DNA of 64,000 nt, taken from assembly GCA_016186795.1 (NCBI GenBank), contig JACPKY010000002.1, positions 282,593-346,592 on the forward strand, written 5' to 3'. Below the pieces are notes generated by a model. The model made no database searches. It saw only the letters and a list, made by a program, of their open reading frames with translations, and was not told where the DNA came from. The translations under genes were made by a program, and so were the position numbers. This document shows, in pieces, positions 18,166 through 27,956 of this stretch. Positions within the stretch are counted from its first letter, which is position 1. Each line of letters begins with the position of its first letter. The DNA is from Candidatus Gottesmanbacteria bacterium. GTDB lineage: Bacteria; Patescibacteriota; Microgenomatia; 2-02-FULL-39-11.

Positions 18166-19569
18166 CTATACACAACAACTAAGTTTAGATACATCTTTAG
18201 TAAAAGATAACGCTGCTATTTTTATTGCCTCGGATAATGTTGGAAACATCGGTAGGGAATTTGTAATATCATCAATAGTATTTTTATTTTTGACTAACCA
18301 CATAGCTTGAGCAATAAGGTCACCTGCATTAGGAGCTAAGATATGCACTCCAAGAATTACTTTTATCTCAGGATGGATAACCATTTTGATTAAACCTTCC
18401 GTTCTACCAATAATAAGAGCCTTTGGAACGTCTGCAAAAGAAACAGTACGGCAAAGACAACTTCCTATTTGTTTTATTTCTTGTTCTTCTGTTATTCCCG
18501 CTCCTGCAAGCTGGGGATCAGTAAAGATAGTCCAAGGAACAGTATTATAGTCAATGCTATTTTGTGTATTGCTTAAAGCATTCTCTGCAGCAAGTGTCCC
18601 TTCTCTACCTGCTGTTGGTTCTTGTCTTATGGGTAAATTTATTACATCACCTACTGCGTAGATATGCGGTTGAGAAGTTTGAAATTGAGGATTTACTTTT
18701 ATCGCCTGTTTCTCGTCAATTTCTATACTAGCTTTATCAAGACCTAAACCTTTGGTATTTGGAGTTTTACCAGTTGCAAGGAGTATTTCGTCTGCCGATA
18801 GTTCTTCTTGCGTATCGTTAATTGTATAGGTGAGAATTTTCCTATTGCCCTCTTTACGTGCAGATTTAATTTGAGCGTTTATTTTAATGGTTATGCCTTC
18901 TTTAGCAAGGATTTCAGCTAAACGACTTGTTAGTTCAGCTTCCGCAGGAGGAAAAATAGAGACATTTCTTTGTAGAATAGTGACTTTGGTCCCAAAATGA
19001 GCATACATTTGAGCAAACTCTAATCCCAAAGGTCCTGCACCAACCACAATAAGTTCCTTAGGAAGATTTTTGATCTGTAAAGCCTCAATATGAGTCAAGT
19101 ACCCAACTTCTTGTATATTTTCAATGGGTGGTACAGTTGCAGTTGATCCGACTGCAATAATAAATTTTTTAGCTTGATACTTTTGAGCATCAACGTCAAT
19201 CTCATTAGGAGAAACAAAAGTGGCTTTACCTTCTGTATGGGTGACATTTTCTAAACCATTTAAGACTTTCTCATATTTTTCAGCTCTAAGTTTTGCTACT
19301 AAATCGAGTTCATGTTGAACAACTTGGGCGAAATCAAAGTTTTTAACCTCAATATCAATACCCGGAACATTATGGTTTTTAGCAAGATGCATTACTTCTC
19401 CTGCCCACAAAAGCGTTTTAGAAGGAACACAGCCAACATTAACACAAGTACCACCCAAAGGAAGACCTGTGTTTACCAGCAGAGTTTTAGCCTTCAATTC
19501 ATTCGCTTTAATTGCAGAAGCGAAAGCTCCAGCTCCTCCACCAATAATAATCAAGTCATATTCTTCCAT
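18166..19569 (-). CDS. merA: Mercuric reductase (no NmerA domain)
   Basis: GGTCVNVGCVPSK, FTDPQ, FPTLSE and C-terminal LSCCV vicinal cysteines. Confidence 0.95.
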   Translation of the reverse strand: MEEYDLIIIGGGAGAFASAIKANELKAKTLLVNTGLPLGGTCVNVGCVPSKTLLWAGEVMHLAKNHNVPGIDIEVKNFDFAQVVQHELDLVAKLRAEKYEKVLNGLENVTHTEGKATFVSPNEIDVDAQKYQAKKFIIAVGSTATVPPIENIQEVGYLTHIEALQIKNLPKELIVVGAGPLGLEFAQMYAHFGTKVTILQRNVSIFPPAEAELTSRLAEILAKEGITIKINAQIKSARKEGNRKILTYTINDTQEELSADEILLATGKTPNTKGLGLDKASIEIDEKQAIKVNPQFQTSQPHIYAVGDVINLPIRQEPTAGREGTLAAENALSNTQNSIDYNTVPWTIFTDPQLAGAGITEEQEIKQIGSCLCRTVSFADVPKALIIGRTEGLIKMVIHPEIKVILGVHILAPNAGDLIAQAMWLVKNKNTIDDITNSLPMFPTLSEAIKIAALSFTKDVSKLSCCV

Positions 19570-19571
19570 AG

Positions 19572-19976
19572 TTATTTATTTTTATGGGTATCAATTTTAC
19601 AGTCCTCGCAACAATTGCATTTTTTTCTTAACCACCAATCTGAACTTATGGCTACAATTATCAAAAAGCCTCCTAAATAGGTCATATTAGGATTATAGCT
19701 AATGTAGTTTCCGTAATACATAAGTCCACCAGCGATCAACGTTAAAACAATAGGTAAGAAGTTTCTGTGTACTTTAAATGATATGCCAAGTCCCATCAAT
19801 GCGGCGATGATCACAACAACTAATAGTGGTTTTAACCAAGGAACTGCTACAACCAATACTGAACCAAATCCGGCTGCAAAAAGCAGTGGGGCGATAAAAC
19901 AGAGAGGACATAGTACGCCCAAGACAATTGCTAAAATTGCCGGTACACCTGTTAAATGTTCTTTGTTGCCTTTCAT
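19572..19976 (-). CDS. MerC/MerT-like Hg transport membrane protein
   Basis: LCPLC in TM1, four hydrophobic helices, Cys-rich tail CNCCEDC; adjacent to merA. Confidence 0.8.
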   Translation of the reverse strand: MKGNKEHLTGVPAILAIVLGVLCPLCFIAPLLFAAGFGSVLVVAVPWLKPLLVVVIIAALMGLGISFKVHRNFLPIVLTLIAGGLMYYGNYISYNPNMTYLGGFLIIVAISSDWWLRKKCNCCEDCKIDTHKNK

Positions 19977-20533
19977 AAGATTTTATCTAACTCCCTTTTG
20001 TAGTCGTCATAACTTGTAAACTGCTCATCTTTATAAACAATTACGCCATCCTTATTTATGATATAGGTGGTTTCTAACTTAACAAGCTGATATTTAGAAG
20101 CGACATTATCAGTATCTAGCGACAAGGGGATATCTATTGTTCCAAGATTTCTAAACTCTTTTAAGAAATCTTCATTGTCTCCTTTGGTAAATGCCACCCC
20201 GATAACCTCAACTCCACGACTGGCGTATTCTTTTCGTACTTGAGTTAAAGCTCTTCCTTCAGGTATGCAGGTTCCGCACCATCCGGCCATACCGAATAAA
20301 ATAATTGTTTTACTCCTTTTATCGCTTAAGTTAAATTCTTGATTATCAAGAGTAGTTAATTTAAAGTCTGGAGCTTGTTTGTTAAGGAGTGTAGTTGGCG
20401 CAGACTTAGTATCAGAAAGAATTTGTGAAGTATCCTGCTTATTATTTGATACGCGACCAGCTTTACTCCCGAAAAAGAAAGCTAACCCTATAAGTAAAAT
20501 AGTGGCAATAATGAATATGTTTTTATTTCTCAT
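19973..20533 (-). CDS. Membrane-anchored TlpA/redoxin-family thioredoxin
   Basis: APDFKL, WCGTC and TTYIINKDG. Confidence 0.85.
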   Translation of the reverse strand: MRNKNIFIIATILLIGLAFFFGSKAGRVSNNKQDTSQILSDTKSAPTTLLNKQAPDFKLTTLDNQEFNLSDKRSKTIILFGMAGWCGTCIPEGRALTQVRKEYASRGVEVIGVAFTKGDNEDFLKEFRNLGTIDIPLSLDTDNVASKYQLVKLETTYIINKDGVIVYKDEQFTSYDDYKRELDKIL

Positions 20534-20536
20534 ACT

Positions 20537-20802
20537 TTACTCGACAATGAATTCTTTTAGGGTTTTGTTGATCTTCTCGTCACAAGCTCAAGCTCTAAAA
20601 GTTTCTTTACGCTATGGGAAACAACAGAAATAGAAGTATCTAGGATATCTGCCATTTCACCGACATTTAACTCTGGATAACGGCAGAGAAGATAACAAAT
20701 CTTTAAACGTGTTGCGTCACCGACCACTCCCAGTTGCTTAGCACAATCAAGTAATTCCTGTTTATTCCTTAATTCCTTTTTTATAGTCTGATACTTACTC
20801 AT
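20537..20802 (-). pseudogene. ArsR/SmtB-family repressor with apparent internal deletion/frameshift
   Basis: GDATRLKI..L, ELNVGEMA, SVVSHSVKKL; the frame stops after VTRRSTKP, while another frame gives INKTLKEFIVE* ending 3 nt before the next ATG. Confidence 0.65.
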
Positions 20803-20804
20803 GG

Positions 20805-20853
20805 TATTTGAAGGACTATTCAAATAGTAAACCATTTTATATTTTAAAGTCAA
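20805..20853 (-). promoter_or_regulatory. mer module promoter with palindromic operator
   Basis: TTGACT-N18-TACTAT overlapped by the inverted repeat TATTTGAA-N6-TTCAAATA (20805-20826). Confidence 0.7.
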
Positions 20854-21109
20854 GAGGAAATTTATCTTTTTATTTCTAATATGCATAACTATGCAAGAAA
20901 AATTGCAAACACATACTAATCAAAAGAGGATAAATATAGATAACAATTAATACTCTAGGTTGGTCTTTCAGTTTTTGAGGCTAATTCTGGCTGTAATTCG
21001 TACAAAAAATCTGGTAAAATAGGCGAGGAGCTAAATTCTTGGATGAATCCTGGCAGTCTGGCTAAGATCACGTCAGGAGCTTAAAAAAAGTCTATTTGAC
21101 TAAATCGCG

Positions 21110-22315
21110 TTATTCCTCATCGGAAAGATAGGAATCCAGAGGAGGTGAAAAAACAGCTTCTTGGCTTGAACTATTCAAACACGATTTTTGTTTCGTCTCA
21201 AAGGGAGCATCAAAATCATTTATTGCGCTGTCAATTGTTAATGCATCAATAAACGGCCCGTCGTCTTGTCCAACCTTTCGGCCGAATTCGAAAATTGAAA
21301 AACCTCTCATTCCTTCTTTTCTCGCATATTTAATTTGTCTTACCGCGCTTTGCGCATTATATCCTCCCCATTGATACACTTTGCCATCCGGATAGGAAAT
21401 TTCTCCTTCAGTCGGATACCAGGAAATTCCAAAGATTACTTTAGAAAAATTCTCTTCCGTTGTCAGGAATGATTTCCAGAGGGGGAGCCGTTTTTTCCAC
21501 GCTGCCACATCTGTTGTGTATCTTCCCGGAGTTACCGCATCGATGATACCGCGACGTATCCATTTCATTGGATCATACCGCAAATTCTGTGGACGGTATT
21601 GTGTTCCGTTGTATTGTAATGAGTTCGTAGGATTTTTAGATAGCCAGTTTTTATACCAACGCGCAAGATAGTCGTCTTTATGCACAGAAAATGGATCTGT
21701 ATTATTGATAAATGCCGTCACGAACTTTGTCGGGTATTTCATTTTTACAGCATCATAACAAGCTTTTATAGTTCGGAAAACCCCGATATTTCTCTGTTTA
21801 CTTATTTCGGCTACTTCTACTAAGTAACGAAGATTATCAAAATGAACTCCATCGAGTGTTGGATATGAAGAAAGCCAATCCATACACCAATTTTTTTGCG
21901 CCTCCTGTTCAGATACATCAGTATATTCTGCCTGAGTACCGGCTCCCTTACGAGACATACTACTTAACCATACATGCACACTAAGTCCTTTCGATTTCAA
22001 TGCTGCAAGCATCGCATCAAAACTTTCTTTATCGGACCAACCAAAATTTCCACTCAAAGTATACGATGCGAGAAAAACAGTATTGAGATTGGCTTTTATG
22101 ATTTTATCCAGTGTTTGTTGCCGTGTCTCTGGAGCTTTGAAACTGTATGGATTGAGCCATACCCCACGAGTTTCACATTGAGCAGCTTGCGCGGTAAATT
22201 CGGATTTTGGTATTTGAGAGATAACACCACTGGCTACCAAAATCCCCATGAGAACAACAATAACCTTGAACATGAAAGAAATAGAAGAATGTAGCAGTAA
22301 AATCTTCTTCGTCAA
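21110..22315 (-). CDS. Secreted/membrane-anchored glycoside hydrolase-like TIM barrel (GHL10/DUF187-like)
   Basis: N-terminal TM, TRGVWL, NLNTVF, VHVW, DGVHFD and GFSIF. Confidence 0.7.
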   Translation of the reverse strand: MTKKILLLHSSISFMFKVIVVLMGILVASGVISQIPKSEFTAQAAQCETRGVWLNPYSFKAPETRQQTLDKIIKANLNTVFLASYTLSGNFGWSDKESFDAMLAALKSKGLSVHVWLSSMSRKGAGTQAEYTDVSEQEAQKNWCMDWLSSYPTLDGVHFDNLRYLVEVAEISKQRNIGVFRTIKACYDAVKMKYPTKFVTAFINNTDPFSVHKDDYLARWYKNWLSKNPTNSLQYNGTQYRPQNLRYDPMKWIRRGIIDAVTPGRYTTDVAAWKKRLPLWKSFLTTEENFSKVIFGISWYPTEGEISYPDGKVYQWGGYNAQSAVRQIKYARKEGMRGFSIFEFGRKVGQDDGPFIDALTIDSAINDFDAPFETKQKSCLNSSSQEAVFSPPLDSYLSDEE

Positions 22316-22392
22316 TCTACTCTATCATGTACATATTTGCTTTTCAAGCCGGCCATTTGTTGCTACGTTATCTGCAGTGTATAATGCCTTCA

Positions 22393-23280
22393 ATGAAAAA
22401 AGGGACATTCCCCATAAAATCAGGGCTTGCCCAGATGCTGAAAGGCGGCGTTATTATGGATGTCGTTAACGCTGAACAAGCAAAAATTGCCCAAGATGCT
22501 GGTGCTGTTGCAGTCATGGCACTTGAACGGGTTCCTGCCGACATTCGGGCAGATGGTGGGGTTGCCCGCATGTCTGATCCTGTAAAAATAAAAGAAATCC
22601 AAGAAGCGGTGACAATTCCAGTGATGGCAAAATGCCGAATCGGACACTTTGTTGAAGCACAAGTTCTTGAGGCACTTGAAGTCGACTTCATCGATGAAAG
22701 TGAAGTTCTAACCCCTGCTGATGAACAGTATCATATCGATAAAACGAAATTCACCGTACCGTTTGTTTGCGGTGCCCGTGACTTAGGAGAAGCTCTCAGG
22801 CGATTGACAGAAGGAGCCGCAATGATCAGAACCAAGGGTGAGGCGGGATCAGGAAATATTGTCGAGGCTGTTCGGCATATTCGCGCAGTCAATGACGGTA
22901 TTTCTGAGATGCAAATCCTTTTTACAAAAAAGAATACGAAGGCTCTCAAGCAAAAAGCAATTGAATATCGTGTACCAATTGACCTAGTTTTACAAACTGC
23001 AAAACTTGGAAGATTACCAGTGGTAAACTTTGCCGCAGGAGGAATTGCAACACCTGCCGATGCGGCTTTGTGCATGCAGTTGGGAGTTGATGGGGTTTTC
23101 GTTGGATCTGGTATTTTCAAAAGTACCGATCCAAAGCGACGTGCCAGAGCAATTGTTGACAGTGTTGCTCATTTTAATGATCCCAAAAAAATTGCCACGG
23201 CATCCCAAAACTTAGGAGAAGCAATGAAAGGGCAGGAAATTGCATCTCTTGAAACAAAACTTGCTGCCCGCGGCATTTAG
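22393..23280 (+). CDS. pdxS: PLP synthase lyase subunit
   Basis: [28 protein letters not shown] and [13 protein letters not shown]. Confidence 0.97.
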   Translation: MKKGTFPIKSGLAQMLKGGVIMDVVNAEQAKIAQDAGAVAVMALERVPADIRADGGVARMSDPVKIKEIQEAVTIPVMAKCRIGHFVEAQVLEALEVDFIDESEVLTPADEQYHIDKTKFTVPFVCGARDLGEALRRLTEGAAMIRTKGEAGSGNIVEAVRHIRAVNDGISEMQILFTKKNTKALKQKAIEYRVPIDLVLQTAKLGRLPVVNFAAGGIATPADAALCMQLGVDGVFVGSGIFKSTDPKRRARAIVDSVAHFNDPKKIATASQNLGEAMKGQEIASLETKLAARGI

Positions 23281-23294
23281 CCAAATCAATCCCC

Positions 23295-23954
23295 ATGAAA
23301 CCTTCAATTGGAGTATTGGCTTTCCACGGCGACGTTATAGAGCATAAAATGGCTCTAATACAGGCTGCAAAAAATCTGAAGATTTCAATCAAAGTCCTTG
23401 ATGTCAGGACAAGAAAAGATCTAAAGGAGATCGCCGCCTTAATAATCCCTGGAGGGGAAAGCACGACTATCCAAAAACTCTGTGAAAGAGAAGGTATGTT
23501 GAACACCATGAGGGCTGTTCCTGCAATTTTTGGTACCTGTGCCGGTGCAATTATGCTAGCGAAATCCATCCTTCACAAAACTCCCGATCAGAAAAGTCTT
23601 GAGCGGATAGATATCGAAGTAGATAGAAATGCTTACGGACGGCAAACTGAGTCATTTGAAAAAAGAATTCAAACGAGTCTCGGACCAGTATCTGCCGTCT
23701 TTATTCGAGCTCCAAAAATTACAAAAGTAGGCAAAAATGTGAAAATTCTCGCACAAATAGACCAACAGGTCTTGGTTTGTGAAGAAAAAGTTAGGAACGT
23801 ATACTCACTTGCTGCCTGTTTTCATCCGGAACTCACAACAACTCTTTTCCATGAATACTTCCTCAAGAAAATAGCGCAATATTACTTTGCTCTTCCCGGA
23901 GGCAATGGGAACGGTGTTCCAGATGGATCAACAGGATTCAATGCCCGTGAATGA
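23295..23954 (+). CDS. pdxT: PLP synthase glutaminase subunit
   Basis: PGGEST, GTCAG, RNAYGRQ, FIRAP and FHPE. Confidence 0.96.
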   Translation: MKPSIGVLAFHGDVIEHKMALIQAAKNLKISIKVLDVRTRKDLKEIAALIIPGGESTTIQKLCEREGMLNTMRAVPAIFGTCAGAIMLAKSILHKTPDQKSLERIDIEVDRNAYGRQTESFEKRIQTSLGPVSAVFIRAPKITKVGKNVKILAQIDQQVLVCEEKVRNVYSLAACFHPELTTTLFHEYFLKKIAQYYFALPGGNGNGVPDGSTGFNARE

Positions 23955-24361
23955 TCCACTGCATTTTGTGGAATATTTGCTGGCATTTGATATCCAGATT
24001 GAATATTCACTGCTGGAATCCGAATGATTTTTGGTGTCGGAGTAACGGTAACATCTGCAACCTCTATTTCATTTTGGCGTCGCTGCGAACTTACCCATAC
24101 GCCAAAATCGTGGCCCAGATCCTTTGGCATATTGGGGGTCTGATTCGACACGTGAGATCCAAAATTGTCCACAGATGCATTTTCTGTTTCATTTCCGGTC
24201 TCGGCTGGTAAAATTTGCAAATGCAACTGTTTTGCCAAGTCTGAAACTGCACCACCTCGAGCGACAACATCATCTTGGAAATTTGGTGGGAGAAGTGAAG
24301 GATTTCCACCTTGAGAAAAACTCAAAACGAGAGCAATTAGCGAAGATAAAAATTGTGGCAC
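23882..24361 (-). CDS. Hypothetical exported protein
   Basis: Strong SD AGGAGGTGA before GTG; signal-peptide-like N-terminus. Confidence 0.75.
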   Translation of the reverse strand: MPQFLSSLIALVLSFSQGGNPSLLPPNFQDDVVARGGAVSDLAKQLHLQILPAETGNETENASVDNFGSHVSNQTPNMPKDLGHDFGVWVSSQRRQNEIEVADVTVTPTPKIIRIPAVNIQSGYQMPANIPQNAVDHSRALNPVDPSGTPFPLPPGRAK

Positions 24362-24383
24362 TATCTATCACCTCCTTTTACAC

Positions 24384-24409
24384 AAAAAAACCTGCCTTTG
24401 GCAGGTTTT
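24384..24409. terminator. Terminator-like hairpin between divergent genes
   Basis: AAAACCTGCC-ttt-GGCAGGTTTT, with T7 on the minus strand. Confidence 0.7.
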
Positions 24410-24499
24410 CGTAAATTATAGTATACCGCCGTCTTCGTTAAATGCAAGAGGATCATTGGGAAATAGTCAATAATTTCTGCTACAATTCAGATACATTTT

Positions 24500-25930
24500 A
24501 TGAAAATAGGACAAAAAAATATCCCAGGAGAAATGCTATTGGTTCTACTTTTTATTTTTCTCTACGTGCTTGCCGCTTCTTTGGTTTCACTCAATCGTCA
24601 CTGGCAATACAATTCATTTTGGTATGATTTTGGTATTTTTGATACAACGATTTGGAAATTGTCACGATTTCAACTTCCACTGATTGCGCAATTAAATCCA
24701 CCTTTGGGGAAGGTGGTATGGGCTGACCATTTTAATCCGAGCACAATTTTCCTTGCGCCACTTTACTGGCTTACTAACAAACAGGAAATAATATTAATAG
24801 CTCAAAGCGTAGTGGTTGGATTAAGCGGATTGGTCGGCTACTTTCTCTCGTTGAAATTTATTAAAAGTAGAATGGTACGGATCTCTCTTATTGTAAGCTA
24901 TTTCGGATTTGTAGGCCTTCAAAATGCTCTTTATACCGATGTCCATAATATTGTGTTTGCTTTGCTTCCACTCATGCTTACTATATGGGCTCTATTTCAG
25001 AAAAATTGGAAATTATATTGGATTTTTCTTTTTATCACTCTTGGGATTCAAGAAAACATGGCAGCTGTAGTAACAATGCTTGGTTTATATCTCCTTCTTC
25101 GAAGGGAACGAATTGCCAACATTGGAATATTGACAGTTTGTGTAGGATTAATTTATGGAACGGTAGCTATGAAAGTTTTGATTCCGTGGTTAAATGGTGG
25201 CTCATATAATTATCAACCAACAACACCGTCTATCTGGTATGAATGGATAACACAATTTTTGATCCCAATAGATTTGAAGCTCCGATCAATTGTTTTAACC
25301 TTTGTTACGTTTGGCTTATTACCCATTGGCACCATTTCTACTTTTCCACTTGTCATAGAACACTATTTAGAAAGGTTTGTACTTAATACAGCTGCAACGC
25401 GATGGGATCTTGGATTTCACTATAATGCGCTTCTCTCACCCATACTATTTTTATCATCATTAGAAACTATTATCTATCTACAAAGTCATAAATTTTTTAA
25501 GAGATTGTTGCCTGTCTGGGCAACTCTAACAATACTTATCGTTATAATCCTGCACAGATTTTACTTGCACGGTCCTCTCATGTTGGCAACCCATCCGGTT
25601 TTTTATGAGCAAACCAACGATGCAAAATTCCTACGTTCTTTCAAAGAACAAATTCCGTCATCCGGTTTACTTATGACGCAAAACAATATCGCGGCTCAAT
25701 TTACCCATGACGAAGTAATACTTTTAAATCAAAACTATTCCATGATGAGACCGGATACGATTGCTATTGATATAAGACCAGGGCAGAATGCGAATAATTT
25801 TTTCCCATTATCTCAATCACAGACTGAGGACTTAATTGCTTCAGTTTCTGCCGATCCAAATTACAGAAAGAAAGAGGTAACAGATAGTCAGATTGTGTTC
25901 ACACGCAAACGTATAAATCGTTCCTACTGA
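24500..25930 (+). CDS. DUF2079-like polytopic membrane protein (GT-C-like)
   Basis: YDFGIFD, DHFNP, QE and FHYNA motifs; many TM helices. Confidence 0.8.
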   Translation: MKIGQKNIPGEMLLVLLFIFLYVLAASLVSLNRHWQYNSFWYDFGIFDTTIWKLSRFQLPLIAQLNPPLGKVVWADHFNPSTIFLAPLYWLTNKQEIILIAQSVVVGLSGLVGYFLSLKFIKSRMVRISLIVSYFGFVGLQNALYTDVHNIVFALLPLMLTIWALFQKNWKLYWIFLFITLGIQENMAAVVTMLGLYLLLRRERIANIGILTVCVGLIYGTVAMKVLIPWLNGGSYNYQPTTPSIWYEWITQFLIPIDLKLRSIVLTFVTFGLLPIGTISTFPLVIEHYLERFVLNTAATRWDLGFHYNALLSPILFLSSLETIIYLQSHKFFKRLLPVWATLTILIVIILHRFYLHGPLMLATHPVFYEQTNDAKFLRSFKEQIPSSGLLMTQNNIAAQFTHDEVILLNQNYSMMRPDTIAIDIRPGQNANNFFPLSQSQTEDLIASVSADPNYRKKEVTDSQIVFTRKRINRSY

Positions 25931-26541
25931 TAAAGGTACTTTCGTATTTCCTCAATCGATTTTGACGGATTTTGTGTATCAAAAACGATTGAATTCCAAC
26001 CAACCCTTTTTGCGCCTTCCACATTTTGTAGAAGATCATCAATAAAGAGTATCTCTTCTGGTTTCTTCTTTGCACGTTTTTGGGCGTGGAGGTAAATCTC
26101 AGGTTGAGGCTTCACCAGTCCAATTTCGCATGACTTCACAACCGCATGGTAATGATGATGAGGAATATATCCTTCATTCCAAAACATATCGTAGGTACCA
26201 AGGTGAATATTTGTTAGAAGTCCCACGGAATGAGTTTTGGAAACTTCGCGGAGAAAACTGTGTGTCTCTTTTATCGGCCGGAAGGTCTCTTTTGATAATT
26301 TGACGATATCAAGAGTCTCTGAACTTTTAAGTCCCAAGTCTTTCCCAAGGAGTGGGCCCCAAACATCTGGATGCATCTCGCCCCGGCAAGAACGGATGTC
26401 ATAGATGCTAAATGCGGCATGAACTTCTTCATAGGGCTTCCCGGTCTTTTTTACAATTGAATGAAGGATATCTTTCCAATGCATGAGGACACCACCTATA
26501 TCAAAATAAACAAATTGTATATCTCGCTTTTTCTTCATCAT
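25924..26541 (-). CDS. HAD-family phosphatase
   Basis: FDIGGVL, LLTN, KPQPEIY and FIDD. Confidence 0.9.
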   Translation of the reverse strand: MMKKKRDIQFVYFDIGGVLMHWKDILHSIVKKTGKPYEEVHAAFSIYDIRSCRGEMHPDVWGPLLGKDLGLKSSETLDIVKLSKETFRPIKETHSFLREVSKTHSVGLLTNIHLGTYDMFWNEGYIPHHHYHAVVKSCEIGLVKPQPEIYLHAQKRAKKKPEEILFIDDLLQNVEGAKRVGWNSIVFDTQNPSKSIEEIRKYLYQ

Positions 26542-26559
26542 GAGGAATCTATTATACCG

Positions 26560-27699
26560 TTAGGAGGAAAATAAACCAATCTGTGTATACGAGGTAGATC
26601 TTTGAGACTCTTCCTGTTTCTCTCCTTTGAAATTTGACACACCAACTCCCAGAAGTCGAAATGCTTTCTTTTGTGGATTTTGGCGGGCATCCAAAAAGGG
26701 TAGGAAGAGTTTGAAACTTTCTTTTTCAAGTATTTTTTCTGATAACGTAGACTGGGAAAGAGTCTGAGAGCGGGTTTTCGTTGTAAAATCACTGAAGCGC
26801 ACCATAATCGTAACCGTCTTAAACCCTTTTATGTGTTCACTTTTAATTCTTTGAAATACACGTTTTGCGATTTCCTCAATACGCCCAAGAAGGATTGTTG
26901 CACTCCTGACATCTTCTTCAAAGGTCTCCTGTTCACTGATTGACTTTATCTCTCTCTCAAGTGTGATCTCAGAATCATCAATACCCCGTACCTTTCTATA
27001 TAGATCTTCTCCCCATTTTCCAAAAAGAGATCGTAGTTCCGTTTCGGATTTTTGCTTCAACTCATACATAGAGGTGATTTTTACCTTTCTTAAATGCTCA
27101 AGCGTTTTCGGTCCGATTCCAGGAATGTCTTCTAAATGAAGTGATTCAAGAAATTGTGTGATCTCTTGGGAAGAGACAACATATAATCCATCCGGTTTAA
27201 ACTGGGATGAAGCAAGTTTTGCAATAAGCTTGTTAGGACCAATACCAACGGTTGCGGTTAGCCTTTCTTGATGGTACATCTCATTTTTCAACTGACCCAT
27301 TTTCTCCTTGGCTTTGTTAAGATCGATAAGATATGAAAGGTCAAGATACGCTTCATCAATACTCACCTGTTCTACCTTGGGTGAGAATTTACAAACGATT
27401 GTAAATATACGTTTTGAGACCTCGCTATACCATGCTCCATTCACTGGCAGAAAAACAGTCTTTTTTCCTCCCTTTTTTACTCCGATATCTGCTAGCCTCC
27501 AAGCCGTTGATATAGGCATGGCAGAATGGATACCAAACTTTCTCGCTTTATAATTGGCTGTTGAAACAACCCCTCTTCCATTTCCCTCCTTTGGATCTGC
27601 ACCGACAACAATAGGAAATCCCGCAAATCTCGGGTTATCCCGTTCTTCAACTGCTGCAAAGAACGCATCCATGTCGAGATGTGCAATAATTCTTACCAT
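26560..27699 (-). CDS. dinB: DNA polymerase IV (Y family)
   Basis: HLDMDAFFAAVE, YKARKFGIHSAM, SIDEAYLD and KPDG. Confidence 0.96.
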   Translation of the reverse strand: MVRIIAHLDMDAFFAAVEERDNPRFAGFPIVVGADPKEGNGRGVVSTANYKARKFGIHSAMPISTAWRLADIGVKKGGKKTVFLPVNGAWYSEVSKRIFTIVCKFSPKVEQVSIDEAYLDLSYLIDLNKAKEKMGQLKNEMYHQERLTATVGIGPNKLIAKLASSQFKPDGLYVVSSQEITQFLESLHLEDIPGIGPKTLEHLRKVKITSMYELKQKSETELRSLFGKWGEDLYRKVRGIDDSEITLEREIKSISEQETFEEDVRSATILLGRIEEIAKRVFQRIKSEHIKGFKTVTIMVRFSDFTTKTRSQTLSQSTLSEKILEKESFKLFLPFLDARQNPQKKAFRLLGVGVSNFKGEKQEESQRSTSYTQIGLFSS

Positions 27700-27744
27700 A
27701 GGAAGTGAGTAGAAGTCAGTTGTATTATACTCTGGATATCGAAC

Positions 27745-27915
27745 CTACTGAATATGATGAGCCGAATGGTGATGAGAATGAAATGTATGATGAAGATTGA
27801 GTGTTTTCTTCTGGGTTTTTGAAATTATTTCTTTCTGCCAGTTATGAGCATTCGTAAGTTCAGATGCGCTCTTACTAGGTTTCAAACTCTGCAATAAATC
27901 ACTCAAAATACCCAT
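27745..27915 (-). CDS. Small His-rich hypothetical protein
   Basis: MGILSDLL...HHTFHSHHHSAHHIQ; fills the gap between two co-oriented genes. Confidence 0.45.
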   Translation of the reverse strand: MGILSDLLQSLKPSKSASELTNAHNWQKEIISKTQKKTLNLHHTFHSHHHSAHHIQ

Positions 27916-27956
27916 ATCCTTCGTTACTGTACAGAAAAACAAAACTGATTGCAACT

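Larger units (their letters stand above)
12222..21100. mobile_element. Putative composite genomic island inserted at tRNA-Gly (right boundary approximate)
   Basis: Visibly AT-richer than flanks; accessory cargo (rib, mer); tRNA 3'-like remnants and inverted repeats; no integrase seen. Confidence 0.6.
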
